Origin: an uncultured Gammaproteobacteria bacterium
GTDB taxonomy: Bacteria; Patescibacteriota; Microgenomatia; UBA8517
Direction: 5' to 3'
Assembly (NCBI GenBank): GCA_964599625.1
Contig: CAZRGC010000002.1
Location: forward strand, 135,883 to 199,882
Length of the DNA: 64,000 bases
Made by a program: the position numbers and the translations under genes. Below are positions 37,371 to 46,459 of this stretch, piece after piece; the stretch's first letter is position 1, and each line of letters starts with the position of its first letter. The notes under the pieces were generated by a model. It worked only from the letters and a program-made list of their open reading frames with translations, searched no databases and was not told the DNA's origin.

Positions 37371-37400
37371 CAAAAAATCCCGCCTCCTCGGCGGGATAAT
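37371..37400 (-). terminator. rho-independent terminator after rplL
   Basis: Minus-strand atcccgcc-gagga-ggcgggat followed by tttttgtgg. Confidence 0.65.
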
Positions 37401-37420
37401 TTGTTGTCAGTTAAACCAAA

Positions 37421-37825
37421 TTACTTTAGTTCAACTGTTGCTCCTGCCGCTTTAAGTTTTTCTGCGGCTGCTTTGGCATCTTCTGCTTTTGCATCCTTCA
37501 AAATCTCTGCGGGGACTGCCTCGGTCATTCCTTTGGCGTCCATAAGAGTCAAGTTTTGGTTAATCTCACGGAGTGCTTTGATAACGCCGATCTTGTTGGC
37601 ACCTGCGTTGGTCATAACGACCGTTTGATTTCCACCTTCTTCAGCTGCGGGGGCTGCTGCGGCACCTGCTGCTGCGGGGGCTGCGGCTGCTGCTACCGGC
37701 ATAGCGGTAACACCGAGTTTGTCCTGAAGAGCGTTTACGAGCTCAGAAAGCTCGAGGACTGTAAGTCCGGAAACTTCCTCAACCAATTTTTCTACTTTTG
37801 CTGAAACTTTAACTTCGTCTGTCAT
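37421..37825 (-). CDS. rplL: 50S ribosomal protein L7/L12
   Basis: N-terminal dimerisation helix, an Ala/Pro hinge (AAAAAPAAAGAAAAPAAEE) and a C-terminal domain IGVIKALREI...KEAKDLVE-like. Confidence 0.95.
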   Translation of the reverse strand: MTDEVKVSAKVEKLVEEVSGLTVLELSELVNALQDKLGVTAMPVAAAAAPAAAGAAAAPAAEEGGNQTVVMTNAGANKIGVIKALREINQNLTLMDAKGMTEAVPAEILKDAKAEDAKAAAEKLKAAGATVELK

Positions 37826-37911
37826 AATTATTTCACCTCCCTTCGCCCTGCCGTAGCTTTAGCGAAGGAGGGTTGGTTATATTCCTTCGGGCTACGGAGA
37901 GGCAAGCCTCC

Positions 37912-38436
37912 TTACGGAGTTTTTTTACTCGCCTCACTTAAGATATAGACTAACTTCTGCATATTTGCATTCAATGTTCCCACCAGTCCGTATTGGGGAG
38001 CGACCAATGCTCCAAGGACCTGAGCCAAAAGGGCATCACGACCAGGAAGTGTTGAGAGTTTTCCAAGGTTTGTCTCGTCTTGGAACATTCCTTCGACAAC
38101 ACCGACTTTGAACTTTGGTTTTTCGAATTCTTTAGCAAATTTACCAAGAACTTGAATAGGGGCGATTGCGTCTGTGTCTGCAATTACCAAGGCGGTTTGT
38201 CCGGAGAGCACTGTGTCTGTTAATACTTTTTCGTCTATCTTGGCGGCTTCACCTGCTCTTTTGAGAAGTGTGTTTTTGACGACAACCATGCGACCTCCGA
38301 CTTCGGAAAGTCTGGCTTTGAGATCTTGCTGGGCCTTAACTGAAAGGCCTGAGTAGTTAACCAAAACCAAAGACTTGGCGTCTTTAAGCTCTTTTGTAAG
38401 ATCTTCTACAAATGTAATCTTGTCTGCTTTTAACAT
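37912..38436 (-). CDS. rplJ: 50S ribosomal protein L10
   Basis: MLKADKITFVEDLTKELKDAKSLVLVNYSGLSVKAQQDLKARL is typical L10. Operon position is immediately upstream of rplL. Confidence 0.9.
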   Translation of the reverse strand: MLKADKITFVEDLTKELKDAKSLVLVNYSGLSVKAQQDLKARLSEVGGRMVVVKNTLLKRAGEAAKIDEKVLTDTVLSGQTALVIADTDAIAPIQVLGKFAKEFEKPKFKVGVVEGMFQDETNLGKLSTLPGRDALLAQVLGALVAPQYGLVGTLNANMQKLVYILSEASKKTP

Positions 38437-38582
38437 GTTTTAGTTTCTGTGCCCAAATGGAGTAAAAAGAAGTCTTTTTGCCTCCAGCGTGTCTTATTAC
38501 TTAGGGGCGAACCCCTTTGATTGCGCGCTTTCTTAGGACAAAGGAATTGTAACAGGAAGATTTAGATTAGGCAAGGGGAGCG

Positions 38583-39005
38583 TCAGCCGTCGGTTCGGGC
38601 ACGTTTAATCGTTTTAACGTAGTCAATGTCTCCTTGATCTGTCATATTGAGTCCTTGTCTAACAGCTTCGTCGTAGTCAGCTTTGGTTAAGCCCGAATAA
38701 TCCAACCCTTTTGGTTTTGAGTCCATTTGTCCAAATTTGACAGTGGCTCTGCCCACCTTGCGGCGATAATCCTCTGCGGTCACTGGTTGGCTGTGTGGAG
38801 CATTGCTTTCCCTAAGTTGTTTATCGGTTAATTTGGACCCTGTGTGTTCTTTCAATCCTTCTGTTTTAACCGTTACCGGGTGCCAGTTTGCCCATGCTTC
38901 GTTTCCTGTATCTTCACCGTACTCTCGGGTGGTTTTTTCTGCTTCCATCAGGGGGCTAGGGTGGGTGTTGGCATCAAAATTATCGCTTTTATTGTTGTCC
39001 ATCAA
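38583..39005 (-). CDS. hypothetical protein inserted between rplA and rplJ
   Basis: 140 aa, hydrophilic. Start overlaps the upstream ORF by 4 bp. Confidence 0.45.
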   Translation of the reverse strand: MMDNNKSDNFDANTHPSPLMEAEKTTREYGEDTGNEAWANWHPVTVKTEGLKEHTGSKLTDKQLRESNAPHSQPVTAEDYRRKVGRATVKFGQMDSKPKGLDYSGLTKADYDEAVRQGLNMTDQGDIDYVKTIKRARTDG

Positions 39006-39622
39006 AGCTTTTTATTTTCTGGAAGTAAATCATATGCTCTTACTACATTCCAACCTTCTTTAACCAAAGTGTCTTTTTGAGCAGGAAGCATAAACTCTAT
39101 AAATTTTGGATGATCAGAAGATGGGGTTCTACCTTTCAGTAGGCGACTGGTTAGTGCGCCTGATTCTTTGAAATATCTTGGCCCCAGTTTCGTGTTCACC
39201 TCAAGAATTGAATTCTCAGGCATTGAATGGATTCTGATTGGTTGTTCATCTTCCGATCCTGGGAATATTCCAAAAAAGGGAGTAGCTTCCAGAACCGGTT
39301 GTGTGGAAACAGTAAAATAGTCGTAAATTGTTTCGTCTTTTGGCTTTTCTTTTGATAATGGGAGTGTGGCCTCGTGTGAGCTTGAGGCCGACTTGGCAGC
39401 AACTTCTTTACTAAGCATTTCAACATATCTGGTTTGTGGATTGTCGGGCGGGGCGCCTTGTCCGGTTGTTTCTGCGTCTTTCCTTTGCCTTTCGCGGAGT
39501 GCCCCAAGCTCTGCTTGTCTTTTGTTGTGAATATCCAGCGATTCTTGCCAGAGATTTTCCTCCATTGCGGGAACTTGAGCAAAACTTGTTATTTTTTCAT
39601 CACCACTGGTAGATTCAGCCAT
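39002..39622 (-). CDS. hypothetical protein inserted between rplA and rplJ
   Basis: 206 aa, acidic N-terminus, no motif. Confidence 0.45.
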   Translation of the reverse strand: MAESTSGDEKITSFAQVPAMEENLWQESLDIHNKRQAELGALRERQRKDAETTGQGAPPDNPQTRYVEMLSKEVAAKSASSSHEATLPLSKEKPKDETIYDYFTVSTQPVLEATPFFGIFPGSEDEQPIRIHSMPENSILEVNTKLGPRYFKESGALTSRLLKGRTPSSDHPKFIEFMLPAQKDTLVKEGWNVVRAYDLLPENKKL

Positions 39623-39667
39623 AATACATCCATACTATTAAACTGCGTGAAAATTGTCAAAAGGGGA

Positions 39668-40423
39668 TTAAACTATGGCAAGTTTGACACTGGGGGACAT
39701 TGTGGACTTGATGTAGCCCCTAACGATGCTTCTGGCGCCTCCTAGGGCCTTTAGAATGGCTTCCACGTTCTCTTTTATCTCTATATCGCTTTGGCTGTTT
39801 TTACCTACAACTGTGTGTACCAAAGGAGCTTCTTTCTCGGTTTTGATTGTCACAGTTCCTGCCGAGAAGCTTTTGGCTTTTTTGGGATCTGCAACCAATG
39901 TTCCGTTTTTGGGATTAGGCATAAGTCCTTTAGGTCCCAAGACTCTGGCAAAAGGTACCAATTTGGGCATCATGTCGGGTGTGGCTACCAATACATCAAA
40001 GTCAATTTTTCCTGCTTTGATGTTTTCGATTGTTTCGTCTGTGGCTATTTCCACTTTTTTCTCTTTTCCTGCAGAATGGGGAAGACTTACCTGAACACTA
40101 ACCCCAACTTTTTTGACAACCAAATGCAGTTCCATTGTTCCGTCAAACTTGGAGTAAGAAGTTTCTTTGACTAAAGTGATAGCTTTCTCGATGGAGTATG
40201 CTTTTCCTGCTTCAATCTTGGATTTAACACCCTGGTATTTTTGGGATCTGACCTTTTCCTTACCACTTTTTTTGGCTTCTGCTGCCTGTGTTTCAGTGGT
40301 TTGAGATTCATCGACTGCTGCATCAACCATTTTTACTCTGGCTCCGCCTTTGAGACCTGCAATGTGAACTTTGTTTTCGTCTGCTTTGGTTGCCTGTTTG
40401 TGTTTGTCGTCGTTTTTGGACAT
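39668..40423 (-). CDS. rplA: 50S ribosomal protein L1 (with Lys-rich N-terminal extension)
   Basis: ...YSIEKAITLVKETSYSKFDGTMELHLVV...VLVATPDMMPKLVPFARVLGPKGLMPNPKNGT... matches L1. The first ~60 aa are an extra Lys-rich extension, or the start is a later Met. Confidence 0.9.
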   Translation of the reverse strand: MSKNDDKHKQATKADENKVHIAGLKGGARVKMVDAAVDESQTTETQAAEAKKSGKEKVRSQKYQGVKSKIEAGKAYSIEKAITLVKETSYSKFDGTMELHLVVKKVGVSVQVSLPHSAGKEKKVEIATDETIENIKAGKIDFDVLVATPDMMPKLVPFARVLGPKGLMPNPKNGTLVADPKKAKSFSAGTVTIKTEKEAPLVHTVVGKNSQSDIEIKENVEAILKALGGARSIVRGYIKSTMSPSVKLAIV

Positions 40424-40424
40424 A

Positions 40425-40847
40425 TTAGTTTGTTTTCACTCCCATGCTTCTGGCTGTTCCTTCTACTATTTTCATTGCTGCGTCAACATTTTTGGTGTTC
40501 AAATCGTCCATTTTTTCTTCTGCGATTTGTTTGACTTGTTCTTTGGTGAGCGTTCCTGCAACCTCTCGGGGGGCTTTGCCGGCGCCTTTTTCGATACCTA
40601 AAACTTTTTTGATCATGTCTGCAACCGGCGCTTTTTTGATCACAAAATCGAAGCTTCTGTCCTCGTAAATTGTGATAACTGCAGGAACAACTTGTCCTCT
40701 CAAATCTTTAGTTTTGTCATTGTAAGCTTTGACAAATTCCATGATGGCAACACCGTGTTGCCCAAGTGCGGTTCCCACTGGGGGAGCTGGGGTGGCCTCT
40801 GCTGCCTTAAGATTGATTTTGACGACTGTTTTGACTTTCTTTGCCAT
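40425..40847 (-). CDS. rplK: 50S ribosomal protein L11
   Basis: MAKKVKTVVKINLKAAEATPAPPVGTALGQHGVAIMEFVKAYN is canonical L11. Confidence 0.95.
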   Translation of the reverse strand: MAKKVKTVVKINLKAAEATPAPPVGTALGQHGVAIMEFVKAYNDKTKDLRGQVVPAVITIYEDRSFDFVIKKAPVADMIKKVLGIEKGAGKAPREVAGTLTKEQVKQIAEEKMDDLNTKNVDAAMKIVEGTARSMGVKTN

Positions 40848-40988
40848 TTTTTAAGTTTAAATACGCATGAGGAAACCTAAAAAGAAGTTTCGACTTGCGC
40901 CCTTCGACAAGCTCGGGGTAAATCTGCCACAAATTAATGTGGTAGTGGAAATATATCATGTACAACCAAAAATATCAACGATTTGTGG

Positions 40989-42224
40989 TTACCAGGGAAG
41001 GAGTGTCAAAATGAATCTCTTGGAAGCGGCCCCTCCTGCCTGGTCACGTGCGGTAGTTGTTAATCTAAACGTTCCAAACTTTCTCGGTGCAATGCCTGAA
41101 TAAGTGCATTTGTATGTTTTCCTGGTAGCTGTGACGTTTGCGGTGCAAGTCACATTGTTGAGCCATTTAGGAAGGCCGGAGGTGTTTATTGCAACGGTGT
41201 CCCCGACGTTTAAATCGTAAACTGTAATTGTCATCGAATATCTTCTTCCTCCGTGTGCAACAGGAATGCTTCTTGTCGTTATTACTGGTGCAACGTTTGC
41301 AACCGGTGTTGCAGAGGGGGTGGGTGACGCAGAAGGCGTAGATGATGGTGTTGCGGTTGGTGCAACAGTCGGGCTTGGTGTTGGTGTTGCAACATTAAGC
41401 ATTGTGCCTGTTGCGTAGTAATTGTCAAAATAACCTATGGTGTCAGGATATGTGCCTGTGTTTTCCACAACCAATCTGGGAAATGTTCCGTCTCCCAAAA
41501 GTGGGCTGTAAAGCATATCGAGAATGTTTACAAATGTACCGTTTGTTGCATCATAGAGATAAACAAGGATCTCGTTTCCACTTCTTTGCAACTTAACTCT
41601 TTGGGGAGAATTAAATTGTATAGATCTGGAAACAATCTTTGTAGAATTTGCAGGTGTGTTGTCCGGGCTTGTCCACACCTCAATGAATTCGGAAGATCCG
41701 ACTTTTGCGCGTCTTACTGATATTGATCCACTTGGGGCGAATTTCAATTCCTGCCATCCGTTTTCTGAAGTCACACCAAGAAGGTCAACCTCAGCCGAGA
41801 AATCTCCTGTAATTTGGGGAATTTGATAATTAACAAGTGCCTGGACAACAACATCGTTTCCTCCGACGCCGTCTTGTCCTTGGCTGACAGATGCTTTAAG
41901 TCTTTGGTTATCGATGCTTGCGTCTGACCCAACTGTGCCTGACCAATTCCACTTAGCAGGGTCCAAAAGGTTAAATGGTTCATATATCGAAACGGGTGTA
42001 GCAGGTCTGGGTGTGGGCGTTGGTGTACCGGTTGGTGTGAATACGGGTGTCGGGCTTGGTGTAAACGGAGGTGTTACGGGCAAAGTTGGCGTGGGTGTAA
42101 CAGGGGAAGTAACAGGAGCGGTAACAGGGTAGGCGCCATAAGCACCGGATGCCAAAAAGAATAGTGGTAATATTACAGTAGATGAGATAAGCGCCAAAAC
42201 GCCTGTCTTTGAATTTAATCTCAT
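40989..42224 (-). CDS. secreted protein with two Pro/Thr-rich linkers (inserted between nusG and rplK)
   Basis: Signal peptide MRLNSKTGVLALISSTVILPLFFLASGAYG, PT repeats (PVTAPVTSPVTPTPTLPVTPPFTPSPTPVFTPTGTPTPTP and ATPTPSPTVAPTATPSSTPSASPTPSATP) and a beta-rich middle domain. 411 aa. Confidence 0.6.
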   Translation of the reverse strand: MRLNSKTGVLALISSTVILPLFFLASGAYGAYPVTAPVTSPVTPTPTLPVTPPFTPSPTPVFTPTGTPTPTPRPATPVSIYEPFNLLDPAKWNWSGTVGSDASIDNQRLKASVSQGQDGVGGNDVVVQALVNYQIPQITGDFSAEVDLLGVTSENGWQELKFAPSGSISVRRAKVGSSEFIEVWTSPDNTPANSTKIVSRSIQFNSPQRVKLQRSGNEILVYLYDATNGTFVNILDMLYSPLLGDGTFPRLVVENTGTYPDTIGYFDNYYATGTMLNVATPTPSPTVAPTATPSSTPSASPTPSATPVANVAPVITTRSIPVAHGGRRYSMTITVYDLNVGDTVAINTSGLPKWLNNVTCTANVTATRKTYKCTYSGIAPRKFGTFRLTTTARDQAGGAASKRFILTLLPW

Positions 42225-42225
42225 A

Positions 42226-43380
42226 ATGCGGAATTATAGGAGATATATATTGTTAAGTCAAATCTTGTTTGCGTGCGTGATTTTGATCTTTGGCAATTGG
42301 GCAGTTGTAACTTATGAGATACCCAAAGTCATCGCCTTCCAATGGTTTGTAAGGTTTTTGGTTCTGGTTTTGGCTGTGTCTTTTTTCAAAAAACCCAAAA
42401 AGTGGAAAGTTGATAGCAAAGTGTCAAAGCCTGTTTTGATTTTTACCGGTGTTGCTATTGTAAGTTCGATTTTAGGGGTGAACGTAACAAAAAGTTTTAC
42501 AGGCAATTTTTACAGGGGCGATGGTCTTATAACTTTTTTGAGTTTGGTTGGATTTGCATTTGTGGTCAGTTACTTTTGGAAAGAGGAGTTTAATAAATAT
42601 TTTGCAGAGGTTATTTTTTGGACTTCCACTTTGCTGTCCGGATTTTATATTGTATCGACTGTTACTCCGCAACTTTCACATATAAGTGCAGCAGGATTCG
42701 GTAATTCCGTATTTTTGGCAGGATTTCTGGTCACGGCTTTGCCATTCTCATTTTTTTATCTGCGGGAAAAAACAGATAAATATTTACGCCTGGGGCTTTT
42801 TGTTCAAGTAATTTCCTTGTTCTTTATGAGCGCGACAGCGGCAGTAATAGTACTTTTTGTGTACGCTTTGATGCTTGTCGGGCGCTTTGTAAAAATTGGC
42901 TTTAGACGTTTTTTAGCCACAGGGCTATTGATTGCCGCTTTGGCCACAGGCTTTGTTTGGGTAAGAAATTACCGGTTGGAAAGTTCAAAATCGTTAATCG
43001 CGGAGGGCAGGGCAAGGATTTTTATAAACGGTCTTCAAGGGTTTGCAAGCCGCCCTGTGTTGGGATACGGCTGGAGCAATTTTGATGCAGCATTCCAAAA
43101 AGGTACATGGCCAATCAAGCTAAATAACGATGTTTATGTGGACAAAGCGCATTCGGAGTTTTTGGAAGTGCTGGTTTCAACCGGTGTGGTTGGAGTATCT
43201 GTGTATTTGGCTTTGCTTTTTGTTTTATACAAAAAGCTCAAAAGTATTTCCAATACAAACTGGGGTTTTACACTTTTTTCGGTGTTTGTAATTTATATTC
43301 TACATTCACAAACAAACGTAATATCAATTTCAGAGCAAATTCTGTTCTGGTTTGGGATGGGGTACGTCTTAAGAAGTTAG
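42226..43380 (+). CDS. O-antigen-ligase-family (Wzy_C-like) polytopic membrane protein
   Basis: About 10 TM helices plus the family-typical periplasmic loop RARIFINGLQGFASRPVLGYGWSNF...KAHSEFLEVLVSTG. 384 aa. Confidence 0.6.
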   Translation: MRNYRRYILLSQILFACVILIFGNWAVVTYEIPKVIAFQWFVRFLVLVLAVSFFKKPKKWKVDSKVSKPVLIFTGVAIVSSILGVNVTKSFTGNFYRGDGLITFLSLVGFAFVVSYFWKEEFNKYFAEVIFWTSTLLSGFYIVSTVTPQLSHISAAGFGNSVFLAGFLVTALPFSFFYLREKTDKYLRLGLFVQVISLFFMSATAAVIVLFVYALMLVGRFVKIGFRRFLATGLLIAALATGFVWVRNYRLESSKSLIAEGRARIFINGLQGFASRPVLGYGWSNFDAAFQKGTWPIKLNNDVYVDKAHSEFLEVLVSTGVVGVSVYLALLFVLYKKLKSISNTNWGFTLFSVFVIYILHSQTNVISISEQILFWFGMGYVLRS

Positions 43381-43385
43381 ATTTT

Positions 43386-43512
43386 TTGTCAAACAAAGTT
43401 TCGAAATGTGGTTTCACTTTTTGCCACCTGAAAGGTCAGAAGGTGTTTACACTTTTGTCAAACGAAGTTTCAAAAAGTCGTCAGACTTATTGTCATTCGA
43501 AGAATCAAAAGG
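43386..43512. repeat. three degenerate ~22-bp direct repeats (TTGTCAAAC-AAGTTTC-AAA)
   Basis: ttgtcaaacaaagtttcgaaa (43386), ttgtcaaacgaagtttcaaaaag (43452), ttgtcattcgaagaatcaaaagg (43488), plus the palindrome aaggttattaaacctt. In the gap between the ligase gene and the nusG stop. Confidence 0.6.
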
Positions 43513-43515
43513 TTA

Positions 43516-44160
43516 TTAAACCTTTTGTATTTGAAGAAAATCCAACTCTACAGGAGTCTCACGGCCAAAGATTGACACCAAGACTTTAACTTTGCCTTTT
43601 TCCTCGTCCATTTCATGAATGGTTCCCAAAAAATCAGAGAAAGGTCCGTCTGTGATCTTGACTGCTTCTCCAACAGAAAACTTGGTCTTGAATCTGGGAG
43701 CGGGGGAGCTTACGAACTTTTGAATATTGGCAACTTCCGTTTCGGAAAGAGGGGTGGGGTTGTTGCCAGCACCAACGAAACCAGTTATTCCTGCCGTTGT
43801 ACGAACTGCGAGCCAAGTAGGATCATCCAGAATCATTTTAACCAAAAGGTATCCTGGGAATATCTTTTCTTTGACTGTTGCTTTCTTGCCACCGCGGATG
43901 ATAACCCTGTCTTGTGTAGGCACAAGCATCTCAAAAACTTTACCCTGAAGATTCATAGTCTCTACTCTTTGTCGGAGGGTTTCCATGACTCTTATTTCAT
44001 GGCCCGAAGATGTGTGTACAACGTACCACTTGGCTTTGGGGTCTGTGGTTTCGGATACAACAATGTGGCCGGGGATTTTCTTTTTCCCGGTGCCACGCTC
44101 TGCAACTTCAATAACGTCTGTTGCCGGAACCTGAGTGTCTGTTTTTTGTGAATCGTCCAT
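43516..44160 (-). CDS. nusG: transcription termination/antitermination factor NusG
   Basis: NGN domain KWYVVHTSSGHE...FPGYLLVKM. KOW motif GEAVKITDGPFSDFLGTIHEMDEEKGKVKV. An acidic N-terminal extension is present. Confidence 0.9.
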   Translation of the reverse strand: MDDSQKTDTQVPATDVIEVAERGTGKKKIPGHIVVSETTDPKAKWYVVHTSSGHEIRVMETLRQRVETMNLQGKVFEMLVPTQDRVIIRGGKKATVKEKIFPGYLLVKMILDDPTWLAVRTTAGITGFVGAGNNPTPLSETEVANIQKFVSSPAPRFKTKFSVGEAVKITDGPFSDFLGTIHEMDEEKGKVKVLVSIFGRETPVELDFLQIQKV

Positions 44161-44345
44161 TATCTTGAAACTATTATAGATAAAAGTTTAGTGAATGCGT
44201 AGTCAAGTCCGCCTACATAAAGTCCAAGTACCAAAGAGACCAAAAGAACTATTGTGGTAAGCTTGATAACGTCGTTTCTACTAGGCCAAGTAACCTTAGT
44301 AAGTTCATTTCGAACCTCACCAATAAAACCAGTTACTTGTTTCAT
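44160..44345 (-). CDS. secE: preprotein translocase subunit SecE
   Basis: MKQVTGFIGEVRNELTKVTWPSRNDVIKLTTIVLLVSLVLGLYVGGLDYAFTKLLSII fits SecE with a single C-terminal TM. Start chosen at the internal Met of ORF 44160..44510. Adjacent to nusG. Confidence 0.75.
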   Translation of the reverse strand: MKQVTGFIGEVRNELTKVTWPSRNDVIKLTTIVLLVSLVLGLYVGGLDYAFTKLLSIIVSR

Positions 44346-44407
44346 CAGAAGTGAATTGTACCAAATATATAAAATGGGCACAAGTATCGCCTGACAAATG
44401 CTAATAT

Positions 44408-45085
44408 TTGGAAATGAGTGGAAAATTGCCTGATTTTGATTTGGAAAAAGGACTTTGGGATAGAGGAATTCTGAAAGTTTGTGGTGTAGACGAAGTTGGG
44501 CGGGGGGCATTTGCGGGACCTGTTTTTTGCGGCTGTGTAGTTTTTGACCCCAAAATCACGAACACCTTAGAGGTATTGGTGAACGACTCCAAAAAGCTTA
44601 CGAGTGTTCAAAGGGAAACTGCCTCCAATTGGATAAAGAAAAACTCTGTTGCGTGGGGAGTTGGGATGTCTAGCGTCTCCGAAATAAATAGCTGTGGAAT
44701 TGTGGGTGCGACAAACAAGGCTTTTAGAAGAGCGATTAAAATCGTGTCCCAGAATATGAATTCGGCTTTGGACCACTTAATATCTGACGCATTTTTCATA
44801 CCAAATGTAGTTGGGATTCCCAAAAATGTACAAACACCTGTTATTAGGGGTGATTCCAAATCTTTTAGTGTCGCCTCTGCGTCTATTGTCGCCAAGGTTG
44901 AGCGAGACCTGTTTATGAAAAGATTGGGCAATATCCCCGAGTTTTCCATTTACGCTTGGGGTAAAAACAAAGGTTATGGAACAAAAGAACACAGGGAGGC
45001 AATCAAAAGCCACGGAAAATCAGTACACCACAGAAACAAATATGTGGATACCTGGATTGCTAATATACAAAAAAGTGGAGCTTAA
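44408..45085 (+). CDS. rnhB: ribonuclease HII
   Basis: VCGVDEVGRGAFAGPVFCGCVVF (DEVGRG catalytic motif) and ...VIRGDSKSFSVASASIVAKVERD. 225 aa. Confidence 0.9.
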   Translation: MEMSGKLPDFDLEKGLWDRGILKVCGVDEVGRGAFAGPVFCGCVVFDPKITNTLEVLVNDSKKLTSVQRETASNWIKKNSVAWGVGMSSVSEINSCGIVGATNKAFRRAIKIVSQNMNSALDHLISDAFFIPNVVGIPKNVQTPVIRGDSKSFSVASASIVAKVERDLFMKRLGNIPEFSIYAWGKNKGYGTKEHREAIKSHGKSVHHRNKYVDTWIANIQKSGA

Positions 45086-45276
45086 TAGTTTCGCTTTTTC
45101 TCCAGTTCAATCTGATGTGCGATTCTGTATTTTTGCTCTTTCCTCTTTTCGGACGGCTTTTTGTAGTGTTCGCGGTCGCGGAACTCCTGCAAAACCCCTT
45201 CAATTATTGTTTTTTTGCGGAATCTGGCAATGAGTTTGTCATCGCTTTCTCCCTTTTTCTTTTTAATGATGAACAT
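45082..45276 (-). CDS. rpsU: 30S ribosomal protein S21
   Basis: 64 aa: ...ESDDKLIARFRKKTIIEGVLQEFRDREHYKKPSEKRKEQK... matches the S21 pattern (ALRRFKR...GVL.E.RRR..YEKPS..RKR). Confidence 0.8.
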   Translation of the reverse strand: MFIIKKKKGESDDKLIARFRKKTIIEGVLQEFRDREHYKKPSEKRKEQKYRIAHQIELEKKRNY

Positions 45277-45430
45277 AAGTTTTACAAATTTGTTTCAGCT
45301 GTTACGCTTTCAACATGATTTATATATTTTCGCCTCCTTCCCATGAAGAACCGGTAAAGCCCTTCGGTTAACTAACTGCTAATTGTATCATCGCTTTTGT
45401 TTTAGTCCAAGATGAATTTGGACCACACGG

Positions 45431-46459
45431 TCAGGGATTTGGGGGACTTAAGGGCTTATCCTCGTCGACTGGCGGAGGAGTCATCATAGGTGGTGGCATT
45501 GGCGGAAGCCCTTTTGGAGGCAAGTTTTTGCCGCTATGTTTCTTTAGGTATTTGAGTATCGCCAACAGAAGCGCGATTGCTATTACTATTAGAATTCCCC
45601 ATGCCAATAGCTGTTTGAGATTGATCTCCCTTGTTGCAACTTGTTCTTCCTCTGGCGCAGCTGTCGGCAAATTCAAAGGTGCTGGAGTATATTTCTTAAG
45701 AACCACCAACTGTGGTGTGGGTTTGACCGACGATGTGGGCCTTGGGGTGGAGGCTCTTGCTGCGGCTCTTGGTGTGGGGGTTGCGCTTTGGCAACCACAT
45801 GTGTTGTCGTTGGGACAGTCTGGGTTTCTGCAAAAACCGTCTGAGCAAAAAAGTCCGGCGTTACAGTTGTAGTGACTTCCGCAGGTTCCGTTACATGAGT
45901 TTGTCGGCCCTGGAGTGCTACTTGTCCCATCTGTGCCACCGCTACCGCCATCATCACTCCCGCCGTAGTTTATTCCCAGTGTATTGAGCGATGAACAGGA
46001 AAGTATGTTGTTTCCTGACGAATTTAAAATAAAAGTATCGTTGCCGCCGCCATCACAATTAAATGTTGTCTGGCCTGATCCGGAACTTTTGTTGGGAGTA
46101 AAAACAAGTGTTGCAAAATTATCTTTTCCAGACTTGGTTTGAAACGCGGCAGAAAAAAATCCATGAATCTCAACAACTGAACCGTTTTGGGCCTGAGAAA
46201 AGTCGGTAAAGAAATTGCCATTTGAAACAGACTTAAGTGTCATGTCTGCGGTGGGGAATTTGATAGACGCGTCTGCACCAAAAACCTGAGCACCTTCCGT
46301 GTCAATCATGACCTTCACCGTAAAATCTTGGCTGTATGAACTTGTGGTGGTGCTTGGTTCAAAATATAGCTTTGCAGCGCTTACCTTAGCGGGATGAATT
46401 GCCGCAAAAACAAACATAACAGCAAAAACCAACAATGATTTGGACAGATTAATTTTCAT
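45431..46459 (-). CDS. cell-surface protein: signal peptide, cohesin-like N-domain, Cys-rich module, Pro/Thr linker, C-terminal TM anchor and Pro-rich tail
   Basis: Signal MKINLSKSLLVFAVMFVFAAIHPAKVSA. Beta-sandwich region KLYFEPSTTTSSYSQDFTVKVMIDTEGAQVFGADASIKFPTADMTLKSV is cohesin-like. Cys-rich CNGTCGSHYNCNAGLFCSDGFCRNPDCPNDNTCGC. TM WGILIVIAIALLLAIL. Tail PPKGLPPMPPPMMTPPPV. Confidence 0.5.
   Translation of the reverse strand: MKINLSKSLLVFAVMFVFAAIHPAKVSAAKLYFEPSTTTSSYSQDFTVKVMIDTEGAQVFGADASIKFPTADMTLKSVSNGNFFTDFSQAQNGSVVEIHGFFSAAFQTKSGKDNFATLVFTPNKSSGSGQTTFNCDGGGNDTFILNSSGNNILSCSSLNTLGINYGGSDDGGSGGTDGTSSTPGPTNSCNGTCGSHYNCNAGLFCSDGFCRNPDCPNDNTCGCQSATPTPRAAARASTPRPTSSVKPTPQLVVLKKYTPAPLNLPTAAPEEEQVATREINLKQLLAWGILIVIAIALLLAILKYLKKHSGKNLPPKGLPPMPPPMMTPPPVDEDKPLSPPNP

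Noticed and set aside
37826-37911. Structured RNA in the rplJ-rplL spacer (ccttcgc...gcgaagg, cttcgggctacgg...ccttacggag)
   Set aside because: Short spacer hairpins here are common and probably act in mRNA processing or translation coupling. There is not enough evidence to call a regulatory element by eye.
43386-43589. 67-aa ORF overlapping the direct repeats 3' of nusG
   Set aside because: It is built from repeat units (SKCGFTFCH / SKSRQTYCH), has no RBS, and overlaps the nusG 3' end. It is more likely repeat DNA than a gene.
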